From Schizochytrium sp. TIO01 (lineage: Eukaryota; Protista; Bigyra: Labyrinthulomycetes), in contig SMSO01000031.1 of NCBI GenBank assembly GCA_004764695.1, positions 5,562,761 to 5,626,760 on the forward strand: 64,000 nt of DNA, read 5' to 3'. The notes under the pieces are model-generated. The model saw only the letters and a program-made list of their open reading frames with translations. It made no database searches and was not told where the DNA came from. A program made the translations under genes and the position numbers. Positions 1 through 10,272 of this stretch are shown piece by piece (the stretch's first letter is position 1; each line of letters starts with the position of its first letter).

Positions 1-3000
1 TGCTTCCGATTCATGGACAGGCGTTGTTAGGGCAGATGACTGCGCACTCTCTCTGCTTTTTGCGCGCTCTTCTGCGGCCATTTCTGCTTGGCGTCTTTGG
101 AAGGACGTGAATGCATCGTAATCTACTCCCTTGAGGTTGCGAAGCATGAAATTGAAATTCTCCACGATAAATTGGTTTTGTGGGTCAATCTGTAAAGCAG
201 AAAGGTAGTATTCTTCTGCCAACTCATAATCTGGGTAAATGTGAATGCTGCTAGTGGTCGTTGTACCAAAAAACTGAAGACACAAAGCATAATTTAGCAA
301 AGCAGTCGAATTTTGAGGTTGCTCAATTGTAGCTTGCCGATAGAAGCCAGCCTCTGCAAGGTGAAAAACAGCCATGGACGGGTCTACTGTGTAAGCACGG
401 CTTACAAAATCCATAATGACATCAAAATCGTCTTCGAGATTGGATGCAAGAAATATGGCATAGTTCATGAGTACGAAGGGATTATCAGGTCCTCTTTCCA
501 TCATATAATTCATTGCACGATGGAACAGGGGTCTTGCTTTGTCAGTTTTATGTTCGATAACGAATAGATACAGCATGTAATTGCACAAATTTACAATCCC
601 CTGACGATCGGTTTCACTCGTTTCGATTCGGAAAGGGTTTTCCAAGTACTTATCTTCTGCACAGCGCATAATTTCAACACCACGCAACAAAGTACGAAGT
701 TTTTTCCGTGCTCGTTTCCCGCGGTACGCATTTTGCAATCGAATTGCACACTTTGCCTCCGTTTGGGTAAAGCCTTGACTAATTACCTGCCATAATTCAT
801 TGAACTTGGCAAGATCATACATTTCAAGTTTTGCTGGCTTTTCAAATGAACATGCTTTGGTGAGCTGATTATGATAAAATTTGACATCAGGCCATCGCAT
901 TAGGTACTCATCAAATATGCCCCAAGAACGTAAATGCCTTGTGCTTGGATCTGCAAGAATAGCATCCCAGTCTTCTCTTGTCTTTGGAGCTGGTGACACC
1001 TCTCTGGTGTGTAGCTGTCGTGCACATCGTCGCCCAAGGTAGCCACGCCAGATCCTTTGAATTGTTTTGGTGCTTTCCAGGCGGTGCCGTTCATGTAACA
1101 AGCGAGCTCGCTCTTGCTTGAACCACTTTACAGTGTAGTAAGTTCGCCAAGCATTTTGAATAATACGACACGCTGCAGACTGGACGCGGAGAAGTTCTAC
1201 TCTCCGTTTTGCCTGAAATGTCCTCCAGCGGCTTTGCAAACGGATTGCCATGTCACGCATGACTCGCTGGCGCCAAGCACGGACCACAGCAATGTAGCGA
1301 CGATATGCGACCTGAATTGTCAATGCTGCGGACTCACGGCGAAGCTTTTCACGAAGTTCCTTGTTCTCTTCGTCCCAGTACCGCTGATAATCATTTAGAT
1401 TGATACCTTCGAGCTCAGCAATTTCTGGATCAAGAATAGCCAAGTCTAATTCGTCTGGTTCATGGGCAAATTCTGCACTACCACGAAGCTTCTTTTGGAC
1501 CTTTCGTTCAATATATTTACCACCTCTTCCTGGCGGCGGACGACCCCCAATTCCAGCATCAACAGTCTGTCCAGTGCGACTGTTGTAAAACACGATGCCC
1601 TGTTTTTGTTCATCCCATTGCTGTTCCCAATCATCTGTTGCCTCTGGCAAATCGTAAATTTCAGGTGGGGTCACCCACTGGAATTTCTGCAGATCTGGAT
1701 TGTACCAGAAAGCTTCACCCGAGAGTTCATCATCACGCCTGCGTGCTTCATAATATCCCAACGTCTCAAATTCTGAGATATCAATAGGCTCGCCAAGGAG
1801 TCGATAGCGCTGCCAGGAGCTCGAGGTTAGAATTCCCATTTCAACTTCAAGTTGACTCCTGGTCGACAGTAGATCGAGCCAGCTGTCCATTGTTAAATTA
1901 GGTAAATCCCTTTTCTGATGCGTTTCATGTGCTTGAACAATGGAGATGTTTCGTTTACTATTTCCTTTGTTGTATTCTTTTGTGAACTTCACCTGTCCAA
2001 GTAGAGCAGCTAAAGCTTCAGCTTGACGCCGCGCCTGAACCTCCCACTGGGATTCCCTCTCACGCTCGATAAATCTCTCCGAAATATAAGCCAAAACGTT
2101 TTTGCATTGGTGCATTCGGGCCTCACCAAGCGGCGTGAGACCAGCGTAGTTCTTAATGTTCATATCTGAATCGTAGAAGAGTAAAAGATGCAAGAGTTTC
2201 ACGTCATCAATTCGACATGCCATATGAAGGGGTAAGTCTCCTGCAAGGTTTTGAACATTTGGGTCAGCTCCATTTTTGAGAAGAACCTTGGCAACGTCTA
2301 AACTCCCCTGCCCACCTAGCGCACAGGCACAATGCAAAGCTGTGTCTCCGGTGTCCCGGTCTTGCGTTTGTGATGGGCAGTCTGCATCAAGCAGGAATTT
2401 AAGCATCTCCATATTTCCTTGGCGGGAAGCATACCATAAAGGGTTTCGACCCCACTCATCGCATACACTCGGCGTGGCCCCCCACCGAATAAGCATTTCT
2501 GCGGCATCCAATTGCTTTTCAGCCACAGCATAGTGTAGAGGTGTCCTACCGTGATGGTCTCGCAGGTCAAGGGCGCCTTCTCCAGAAAAGAGAGACATAA
2601 TGGTTGCCATCATTGGAAGCATTCCTCGACCTGCAAGATCATGTAACGGGTGAACGCCAGCAAAGTCCCGACAGTCTTTGTCTGCACCAGCTTCTAGCAA
2701 CATTTGCACAATCTTGGAGTGATCTTCGAGTGCGGCAATATGCAAAGCTGTATTTCCTTCCAAATCTCGAACTTCAAGGTCTGCATAGGGAGAGAACACG
2801 TCAATGAGACCGACTAGGCCATTTGCAGCAGCTTCCATGAGAGGAGTGTTACCACCTTCATCCTGAATCTGGATGCTTGCACCTTTTCGCATGAGATAGT
2901 CAGCAAGTTGATCTTGACCAGGAAACGCTTTGGTAGTGATCGAGTGTAGGCATGTCCTACCTTCCTTGTTACGAACATTAATGTCAATGCCGTGTCGCAG

Positions 3001-6000
3001 ACAAAGCTTCACAATACGTTTAGATCCATTTGCAACCGCTTGGTGCAATAGAGTATCACCAGTTTCTGGATGTTTAAGTTTTTTGGGGTCAATATGCTTA
3101 ACCTCGATAGCATGGCGCACTGTCTCGAAATTTTCGGGACTTGCATTACCAAGAATGTAACGGCTAAGCTCATCAATAAATCTTTCACGTCCCTTTTTGC
3201 CTCTCCAATTACGCTGGATGCGTATGGCAGCATCGCGTTCCCAATAAAATTGCTCAACTCTCCGCCGACACAGTCGTCCACGAACATGCCTTTGAATACG
3301 AGTTGCCATGCGAGACTGATAAAGCGCCTTTTTCACGACTCGTTGTGCTGCTGTAGCTCGGAAACGTGCTTGAATCTTGCAAGCACAAGCAATTTTGTGG
3401 TTTCGGTACTTTTCCGTCCACAAAACCCACCTACGAAAACGGGAATACAGCAAATCATGCATCTTATCTTCAAAAAGTAAACGTGCCTTTCGCATACGTT
3501 GACAATGACTATTCCATGCTCGGAAAACAGCATAGGAGCGCCGCCATCGGATTCGGCGCAGAGATGTTGCGATCTTAACGTTCTGTTCATCCCGAAGCCT
3601 GCGGGCACGCACTGCTAATGTACGGCAGCAATATGCGCGCCAGCAAGATTGGATTTGCGTTGCAGCGTCTCGACAAAATCGGGCTCGCTTTACTACAATC
3701 CGTGCTCTGCGAGTTCGGAACATATTTTGAATTTTGATGGCTGACTGATATTTCAACTCTACCTGTTCTTCTGTATATTTAACCCACAGTTGAAAAGCAC
3801 GGTTTGTACGCTTTCCCAAAAGACGCTGCAAGAAATCTCTCCCTCGATTTACTTTTGACGTATAGTTAGCCCAAGCAATCAAACAGCGATGCTGCTGCCT
3901 CTGCAACATGCGTTTAATACTAAGACGGACTTTTCCTTCTTGGTCTAGTTTGTGATGTCGCATTCGACGAACGTGGGTTCGGGCTTGAACACCACGTACG
4001 ATACGCTGAATCTCTGTCGCTGCAGCAATTTGTTTTGCACGAAATATCTTTTGTAAAAATAAGCCTTCCCGCCATTGCACAAATGTGCCATGAAGCTTGG
4101 AACGAATAGCCTGCTTTCGCATTTGCGATGCTCGGTGATGAACAAGCCATCTTTGAAAACTCATGAGCAATATTTTGTGGAGGTTTTTGGCATATCGTCG
4201 CTGGGCTTCAGCTTCACGGTGTTTTGTAACGATTCTATTTTTCATACTTTCGATTCGTTTCTGCTCAAGTTTCTCTTCGGCAGCTTTTTGTTGAATTCGA
4301 GACTTGTGTTTCCCTGCTTCCATCTCTGCCCGACGACGGAGCTGTTCATTTGCCAAACGTTGTTTTTTCTTTTCCTGGCGGCGTCGCTCGGCTTCATCGC
4401 GTGCTGCCTTTTCAAGCTTTCGAAGTTCTAAACGCTTTCGATAAGCTCTCTGCACGAGAACGGCTGCTTCTTCCTGTTTGACTTTGAGCTGCTCTCGCCA
4501 GCCCCCCATTGCTTTTAGCTTTTTAATAGCAACTACAGTATGGCCACGGCGTTTTAATTGGCGCACAATAAATGCAAGGTACATCTGTGCTCCCTGATTT
4601 TGTGAAGCTGGAGTGGAATTTCGAAGCTGCCGCTTGTTGACCCCACTCATTGTTACGCTTTCCCAAGTCTCGTCCACACTGCGTTGCACTTGTTCCACTC
4701 TCTGTTCCAAATCGTCAGCTACTTGCTGCTTTCTCCAAAGTTCATTGCGTGCGAGAAATATTTCCGTTCGCAGTGTGTTCTGGTTTTCTAGAGAAAGGCT
4801 AGATTTGTGTTCAAGTTTTGCAACTTTAGCTTGTTGAGACCGAAGCGCAACTTTGGCTAGGCTAAGATCATCAAGTAGACGTACTTTTCGCTTTTCTGCA
4901 TCTTCTGTCTGTTTCAATTTATCGAGCATCCGCATGCGGTTCCCGTCATCTCCAAATTTAACAGCCTTAATGATTTCATCGGGTATTTCCAAAAAGTAGT
5001 CAATAGCAGCGCGTAAGACGAAGCTAGCCCGTATCCACTGCCCATTCCATAAACGCCCATGTACAGGTCGCCCAGCTGCCTTTGCTTCTACAAGCCACGC
5101 TTGCGCGCCCTCGTCTTCCTCTTCTTCATCATCATCGTCACTATCGATTGCACAGGGGGGTTGATCGCCATTGTCCTGTGAACGTGTAGTAATGAGCATT
5201 GTGCGATGGTCACTTAATGCTATACTATGCTTCTCACGCCTTTCTCTCTCCCATTTCAAAATTACGTGGTCATACACAAATTCTGCGAGACTGGCCACAG
5301 CACCTGGTTCCGCGCCAATTTCATCCAAGAATGCCTCACAACTATTCAATATGAGACGCTCATGCAATACAACACTGTCCATCATGCACACGCGTGGCTT
5401 AAGCATTACACCTCGTTCTTCATGCTCTCGCAAGATGGGTTTATTGTCTTGGACAAACTTCACATGTGCTAAGCGTTCAATGCTTCGGCGAAGACAAATA
5501 TAAACATAAACAGAGTTATCGTCCAACGTCTCACTGAGGAATTGAGAGAATAGTTCGGTATGCAAGCCATGCTCTCCTAACATTTTGAAGCGAGGCCACT
5601 TGTTCTGAATTTCATGCAACGAAAGCAATAAATTCCACGCCATCGTACTTGCAAGACCTTCAAGTCCATAGTTTTGTCTGAAGAATGTCCAAGCAGTTTC
5701 TGGAAATGGCGCAAGGTGAAAGTTTGCACGCAAAGCCGCACGACGCATTTCTCGGTCTCGGGCATCAAAGATTCCCTCCATGGTCACGAGTACCCAGTGA
5801 AGTCGTTGTGGTTTACCATGTACAAAATCGCGAATATCTACATGCTTGCAAAATCTTGGGTACATTTCAAAGAGTTTTATGTCAAGCGGCTTGCCAGATG
5901 GGGCCTTCCCCCGGCTAGAGTCTTGGTTGTCGTATGTTTGGTTACCCATCGTGGGTGAGCCTTCAACTGAGGTCAATTCAGAGTCTCGAGTTTCAGAGTG

Positions 6001-6405
6001 CGCATGTCCATCCCATGCAGATTCTGCATATTCTTGTGCTTCTGCACGCTCTCGTGCGCGTTTCTGCCGCTTGGCCTGTATACGAGCATTCGCCACTGCA
6101 GTGTTACTCGCCTGGTCCTTTGAGATCTCCTTTTCCGCAAGTTTCTTATCGAGGTAAAGCTGAATATACTGAATAGTTTCTAAATGCGGCAGCATTTGTC
6201 TTTTGTGTTCTAGTGTTCGCGTGGACATTGTTCTCGTTAGTTTGCCTGGCTGACCATCCTGGTCCGCAAGGATGCGCTCCCACGAACCGCCATCGTCACT
6301 TCGCCAAGGGCTCTTAGGACCTTTGTTTTTGCCACCAATCTCTGGCAAAAGCCCAGGTCCCGCGCCTTTTCGTCCAGGTCCCGCGGGGGACCTAGCGCGC
6401 TTCAT
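1..6405 (-). CDS. Very large (>2135 aa) ankyrin-repeat / IQ-motif / WW-like / TPR protein, 3'-partial (runs off the window edge)
   Basis: ATG at 6405 (MKRARSPAGPGRK...) with an in-frame TAA just upstream at 6415-6417. The frame was open in every stretch I translated by hand down to base 1; it is probably missing from the ORF track because it has no stop in the window. Ankyrin repeats at ~2100-3100 (GDTLLHQAVANGSKRIVKLC, EGRTCLHS, GNTPLMEAAAN, GRTPLHYAVA, GRNPLWYASRQG, GDLPLHM). IQ motifs (VLVQRAYRKR, TIQVAYRRY, IRLQSRWRTF, RIIQNAWRT). WW-like DDWEQQWDEQKQGIVFYNSRTGQT at ~1570-1635. TPR-like LLNYALCLQ...YELAEEYYLSALQIDP near 180-300. Confidence 0.85.
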   Translation of the reverse strand, partial: MKRARSPAGPGRKGAGPGLLPEIGGKNKGPKSPWRSDDGGSWERILADQDGQPGKLTRTMSTRTLEHKRQMLPHLETIQYIQLYLDKKLAEKEISKDQASNTAVANARIQAKRQKRARERAEAQEYAESAWDGHAHSETRDSELTSVEGSPTMGNQTYDNQDSSRGKAPSGKPLDIKLFEMYPRFCKHVDIRDFVHGKPQRLHWVLVTMEGIFDARDREMRRAALRANFHLAPFPETAWTFFRQNYGLEGLASTMAWNLLLSLHEIQNKWPRFKMLGEHGLHTELFSQFLSETLDDNSVYVYICLRRSIERLAHVKFVQDNKPILREHEERGVMLKPRVCMMDSVVLHERLILNSCEAFLDEIGAEPGAVASLAEFVYDHVILKWERERREKHSIALSDHRTMLITTRSQDNGDQPPCAIDSDDDDEEEEDEGAQAWLVEAKAAGRPVHGRLWNGQWIRASFVLRAAIDYFLEIPDEIIKAVKFGDDGNRMRMLDKLKQTEDAEKRKVRLLDDLSLAKVALRSQQAKVAKLEHKSSLSLENQNTLRTEIFLARNELWRKQQVADDLEQRVEQVQRSVDETWESVTMSGVNKRQLRNSTPASQNQGAQMYLAFIVRQLKRRGHTVVAIKKLKAMGGWREQLKVKQEEAAVLVQRAYRKRLELRKLEKAARDEAERRRQEKKKQRLANEQLRRRAEMEAGKHKSRIQQKAAEEKLEQKRIESMKNRIVTKHREAEAQRRYAKNLHKILLMSFQRWLVHHRASQMRKQAIRSKLHGTFVQWREGLFLQKIFRAKQIAAATEIQRIVRGVQARTHVRRMRHHKLDQEGKVRLSIKRMLQRQQHRCLIAWANYTSKVNRGRDFLQRLLGKRTNRAFQLWVKYTEEQVELKYQSAIKIQNMFRTRRARIVVKRARFCRDAATQIQSCWRAYCCRTLAVRARRLRDEQNVKIATSLRRIRWRRSYAVFRAWNSHCQRMRKARLLFEDKMHDLLYSRFRRWVLWTEKYRNHKIACACKIQARFRATAAQRVVKKALYQSRMATRIQRHVRGRLCRRRVEQFYWERDAAIRIQRNWRGKKGRERFIDELSRYILGNASPENFETVRHAIEVKHIDPKKLKHPETGDTLLHQAVANGSKRIVKLCLRHGIDINVRNKEGRTCLHSITTKAFPGQDQLADYLMRKGASIQIQDEGGNTPLMEAAANGLVGLIDVFSPYADLEVRDLEGNTALHIAALEDHSKIVQMLLEAGADKDCRDFAGVHPLHDLAGRGMLPMMATIMSLFSGEGALDLRDHHGRTPLHYAVAEKQLDAAEMLIRWGATPSVCDEWGRNPLWYASRQGNMEMLKFLLDADCPSQTQDRDTGDTALHCACALGGQGSLDVAKVLLKNGADPNVQNLAGDLPLHMACRIDDVKLLHLLLFYDSDMNIKNYAGLTPLGEARMHQCKNVLAYISERFIERERESQWEVQARRQAEALAALLGQVKFTKEYNKGNSKRNISIVQAHETHQKRDLPNLTMDSWLDLLSTRSQLEVEMGILTSSSWQRYRLLGEPIDISEFETLGYYEARRRDDELSGEAFWYNPDLQKFQWVTPPEIYDLPEATDDWEQQWDEQKQGIVFYNSRTGQTVDAGIGGRPPPGRGGKYIERKVQKKLRGSAEFAHEPDELDLAILDPEIAELEGINLNDYQRYWDEENKELREKLRRESAALTIQVAYRRYIAVVRAWRQRVMRDMAIRLQSRWRTFQAKRRVELLRVQSAACRIIQNAWRTYYTVKWFKQERARLLHERHRLESTKTIQRIWRGYLGRRCARQLHTREVSPAPKTREDWDAILADPSTRHLRSWGIFDEYLMRWPDVKFYHNQLTKACSFEKPAKLEMYDLAKFNELWQVISQGFTQTEAKCAIRLQNAYRGKRARKKLRTLLRGVEIMRCAEDKYLENPFRIETSETDRQGIVNLCNYMLYLFVIEHKTDKARPLFHRAMNYMMERGPDNPFVLMNYAIFLASNLEDDFDVIMDFVSRAYTVDPSMAVFHLAEAGFYRQATIEQPQNSTALLNYALCLQFFGTTTTSSIHIYPDYELAEEYYLSALQIDPQNQFIVENFNFMLRNLKGVDYDAFTSFQRRQAEMAAEERAKSRESAQSSALTTPVHESEA

Positions 6406-7309
6406 CACACAGAATTATCGCAGCGAACTCTGACTTTGGGATGGTACCTTCGTGAGCTCTTCATGGTGGCAAGGAGTCCGTTAACCAGCGTTATTATGCA
6501 CCAGAATGTTAACTGGCCTATTTACAGTTAGGCCCTTTTCAAATTAAAAAAAAATATGGTAGCATTTGCTTCGGAACAAGAAAGGAATGAAAGGGTAGAC
6601 AAGCACTATGATCAAACCACGACAGAGTAACAGTTGCGCGACACATCAAGGGTAATTTTCTGGGGGCAAAGGTGGAAGACCTTCAATTGGGTTGATCATT
6701 TATGGAGAAATTCTCTACAGTAAGATTAAATTCTTTTTGTTACGTGTGATTTTTTCCCGAGACGAGAATATCGCCTTTTGTTTTGGATCTACGGTGGGTT
6801 TGTTTGGCTTGCTGAAGATATCCAAAAATGATTTACTTATAAAGATATCATGTATGCCTGACTTCTAACAATGACATTGCTGACTTTAGGTTATACTGAC
6901 CATGTACTGGAGGAAATTAGGGGTTAGCCTGTCCGCGTTTACAGCAAGACTTAACAATCGACTTACAAGAAGAAAAGGTATGCGATAAGGGCATGTAAAG
7001 CCTATGAGTTAGAACGAGCTGGTTCAAAAAGGAGCATGAATAGAGGTTAAAACAAAAAGTCAGTTATTAAATTATACACAGGAAAATAAGGCTGTCTTTC
7101 TGCAGCATGCCATGCAGGCAATTCTTTCTTGCTGCGGAATCTTCAAGAGTGACCAATACATAAAGCGAACAGTGAGTAAATTGTAAGCAAGCTAGCAGGT
7201 CATTCCTCACCCGCTAAAGTTAGCAAAATCCCAGAGATATATTTCCTCTGGTCCTACAGTACGGCGGGGCTTGGCGAGGTCTCCTTTTTTGATGTTTTCA
7301 TAGGACTCT

Positions 7310-7537
7310 TTATTTCTCCTGCACTTCAAACTTAGCGACATGCTGACCAGGAACCATAACAAGTCCAAGGCGATTGTCACGAACGATGGCGTTCATACCC
7401 TGGTCAATGCATTCAAAAATGCCCTCCATGACACGTCCGTCAGACATGGTCACACGGACTTGGCCTCCGAGCATAGCCTGAATCGTCTTCTCCGCCTCCT
7501 GAACATCACTAGCTGTCGCCGTTTTAGCCTGAGTCAT
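7310..7537 (-). CDS. NAA38: LSM-domain protein, NatC auxiliary subunit (NAA38/LSMD1/Mak31-like), 75 aa
   Basis: Sm fold motifs VRVTMSDGRVMEGIFECID and RLGLVMVPGQHV match the NAA38 pattern (MRIRMTDGRTLVGCFLCTD...LGLAMVPGHHI). First ATG at 7537. Confidence 0.75.
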   Translation of the reverse strand: MTQAKTATASDVQEAEKTIQAMLGGQVRVTMSDGRVMEGIFECIDQGMNAIVRDNRLGLVMVPGQHVAKFEVQEK

Positions 7538-8322
7538 GTTTATTGCAGAATGTTTGAGGGTGTCTCCAAAGTCCTTTCCGTGAAACTCGAAAAGATTCAA
7601 ACAAAGGGTCGAGGTGGTGGTGATGTTCAACTAGCTAGTATGGAATCTATCTCCTGCCGATGTTCCACGAGTGTTTCTGCAGGTTCAACGTTGACGAACT
7701 AGTGACCACACAAACGGCTTATCCTCTGGGCCCCTGTCCTAAAGGTTTTGCAGAGCTACCCTATCGTAGCGCAGCAGCAGCTGGTATGATGATATTGCTT
7801 CTCGACTGGTCTTTGTCACCTCCGCTGCAGCCCAATTCGTTGGATTCTATTTCGTTTGATTTTCCGTCTTATTTTATCAACTAAACTTTTGTTTGATAAA
7901 TTCAAACGAAATTGAGCGAAAGTAATTTTCATAAATTTCTTCTCATCATGATGGGACATCGACTCTCTTCTATTTTCCTGCAACGCTTCAATCCAAGTTC
8001 TTTGCAAGACTTCTGTGGGCACTGTCGTAAACATTGCTCACTAGAGAATCGTAAATCGTAGGCCTTGGCTTGAGTAAATTTATACCTTTCAAGCACTCGC
8101 CAAAAACTGCTGCGACGCCGGAACATTGCTTTTGTGCTCTTCTTGAGCAGCAGCCGACTCTGGTCCTTGGACCTAGGTGTTACTTAGCATTTTCTATAGG
8201 ACACCGTAAGTGCAGCGATTCAAGAAGGCAATCAATATCCAAACTGGTGTCTGAGACATCGTCGAATCCGGCTCCTTGACAGAAGGCAAAGCTTGAATTA
8301 GGTCTCAGCAAGGTTCAAGAAT

Positions 8323-9540
8323 ATGCAGCGACCCAATGTTGATGCGAACGGTGGCTCCGGCACTTGGGATGACAAGGAGTACGGATTGTCTACTGATGTT
8401 GTGCACGGATCTGTAGTTCCTGATGAGGCTACAGGCGCCATCTTGACGCCTATTTTCCAGTCGACTACATTCGTACAGCACAGCGTTGATGAGTACCTCT
8501 CCAAGGGCTACTCTTATACTCGCACAGGCAATCCGACTGTACGTGCTCTTGAGCAAAAGGTTGCCTTCCTTGAGAAGGGAGCTGGTGCCGCATGTTTCTC
8601 TACCGGCATGGCCGCAACCGTTTCCGTCATGACCGGATTCCTCAAGCAGGGTGACCACTGCGTCCTCACTAATGTAAGCTACGGAGGCACGAACCGCGTG
8701 ACCCGCAAACTCTTTGCGGATCTTGGCATTGAGTTCTCTTACATCGACTTCCGCGACCCTGCCAACGTTGAAAGCGCCATTAAGGAGAACACCAAGCTCG
8801 TCTTCTCCGAGACCCCTTCAAACCCCTTGCTTACGCTCACCGATCTCAAGGCTGTCAGCGATATTTGCAAATCAAAGGGCGTGCTCCACGTTTGCGATTC
8901 TACTTTTGCTACGCCCATCATCACGCGGCCCATGGAGTACGGCTGCGACATGGTCATCCAATCTTTGACCAAGTTCTATGATGGTCACAACATGACGGTT
9001 GGTGGTGCTGTCATTTCTGCCTCCAAGGAACTCGATGAGCGCATCCACTTCATGCAAAACATGCACGGTAACATCATGGCTCCACAGACTGCTTTTCTTG
9101 TGCTGCAGACGCTTAAAACGATGGAGGTTCGAGTTCTTCGCCAAAGCGCTTCTGCACATAAGGTCGCAGAGTTTCTTGAATCACATCCGATGGTTGAAAC
9201 TGTACGCTACCCCGGCCTGGCATCTCACCCGCAAAAGGAACTCGCAGATCGCCAACACCGCAATGGTGTGCATGGCTCAATGATCTGGTGCGAGCTCAAG
9301 GGCGGCTTTGACGCAGGCAAGCAGTTGATGGACACCTGCCAACGCCCCTGGAGTCTTTGTGAGAATCTCGGCAGCTGCGAGTCCAACCTAACCCATGCTG
9401 CTTCGATGACACATGGCAATGTGGCTCGCGAGGAGCGACTCTCGGTAGGACTTACTGACGGCCTTGTGCGTCTTTCAATTGGCCTCGAGGACCCAGAGGA
9501 CCTCATTGCAGCCCTCAAGAAGGCTCTCGATAAGCTCTAG
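8323..9540 (+). CDS. Cys/Met metabolism PLP-dependent enzyme (cystathionine gamma-lyase/gamma-synthase family)
   Basis: 405-aa ORF with PIFQSTTF, YSYTRTGNPT, FSTGMAA, ETPSNP, DSTFATP, the PLP lysine motif SLTKFYDGH, and GLVRLSIGLED. Confidence 0.95.
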   Translation: MQRPNVDANGGSGTWDDKEYGLSTDVVHGSVVPDEATGAILTPIFQSTTFVQHSVDEYLSKGYSYTRTGNPTVRALEQKVAFLEKGAGAACFSTGMAATVSVMTGFLKQGDHCVLTNVSYGGTNRVTRKLFADLGIEFSYIDFRDPANVESAIKENTKLVFSETPSNPLLTLTDLKAVSDICKSKGVLHVCDSTFATPIITRPMEYGCDMVIQSLTKFYDGHNMTVGGAVISASKELDERIHFMQNMHGNIMAPQTAFLVLQTLKTMEVRVLRQSASAHKVAEFLESHPMVETVRYPGLASHPQKELADRQHRNGVHGSMIWCELKGGFDAGKQLMDTCQRPWSLCENLGSCESNLTHAASMTHGNVAREERLSVGLTDGLVRLSIGLEDPEDLIAALKKALDKL

Positions 9541-10272
9541 ATGCACCAATCTCAAGGTAGTAGAGGCTGTACACCTCAGCAGCTATACATGATTGCACGT
9601 TTATACATACTCGTTGTTTCAAAGCAAAGCAAAGCAAAGCAGAGCTAACGAACAATCAAACAAACAAAGGCAAAAATAAAAAAGTTCACCTTGACCTCTA
9701 CCCATCTTGCGCTCTAACCCGCGTGATCTACTAAAAGGTGTCGTGCAAGTATAGTTACTCTAAATCTTTACTTATATAAAGTAATAAAAAAACAATTTTT
9801 GTTGTTGATTTATACGGATGTGCTTGTTCCAAATACTTAGATTCCCGCCAGCAGGAGCAATTTTAAACGAACTGCAAAGAAGATGCCTCCCCCCCCTAAA
9901 ATATGAATCGGGTTTTGCAAGAAATGAAATTACTAGGTGTCAAGGTAATAATTTCAAACAAAAAAGAGAGGAAAATAGAATGACGATGAGATAGAATCCA
10001 AAAAAAAGAAACAAGGGAGCACAGACTGTATAAAAGAAAATAGATCTCACTCATTCGATTGAGACTTGAAAGAGGTGCAGCAAACTCTCTAGATTCGGAT
10101 AATACGAATGTTCTTATGAGCCGTGCTCACCTACTCCAAGAGTTTTATAAAATTCACATGTTCAACCCGAATGAAAACAGTATCGAAAAAGAGAGAAAGT
10201 GAAAAGAACAGCAAGAACTTCGTACTAGAAGAGTAAAATGAAATCCCCACCAATTTTAGTACACACGGTGCC

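Noticed and set aside
313-6176. Many short ORFs on both strands
   Set aside because: They are antisense or out-of-frame shadows of the long minus-strand gene.
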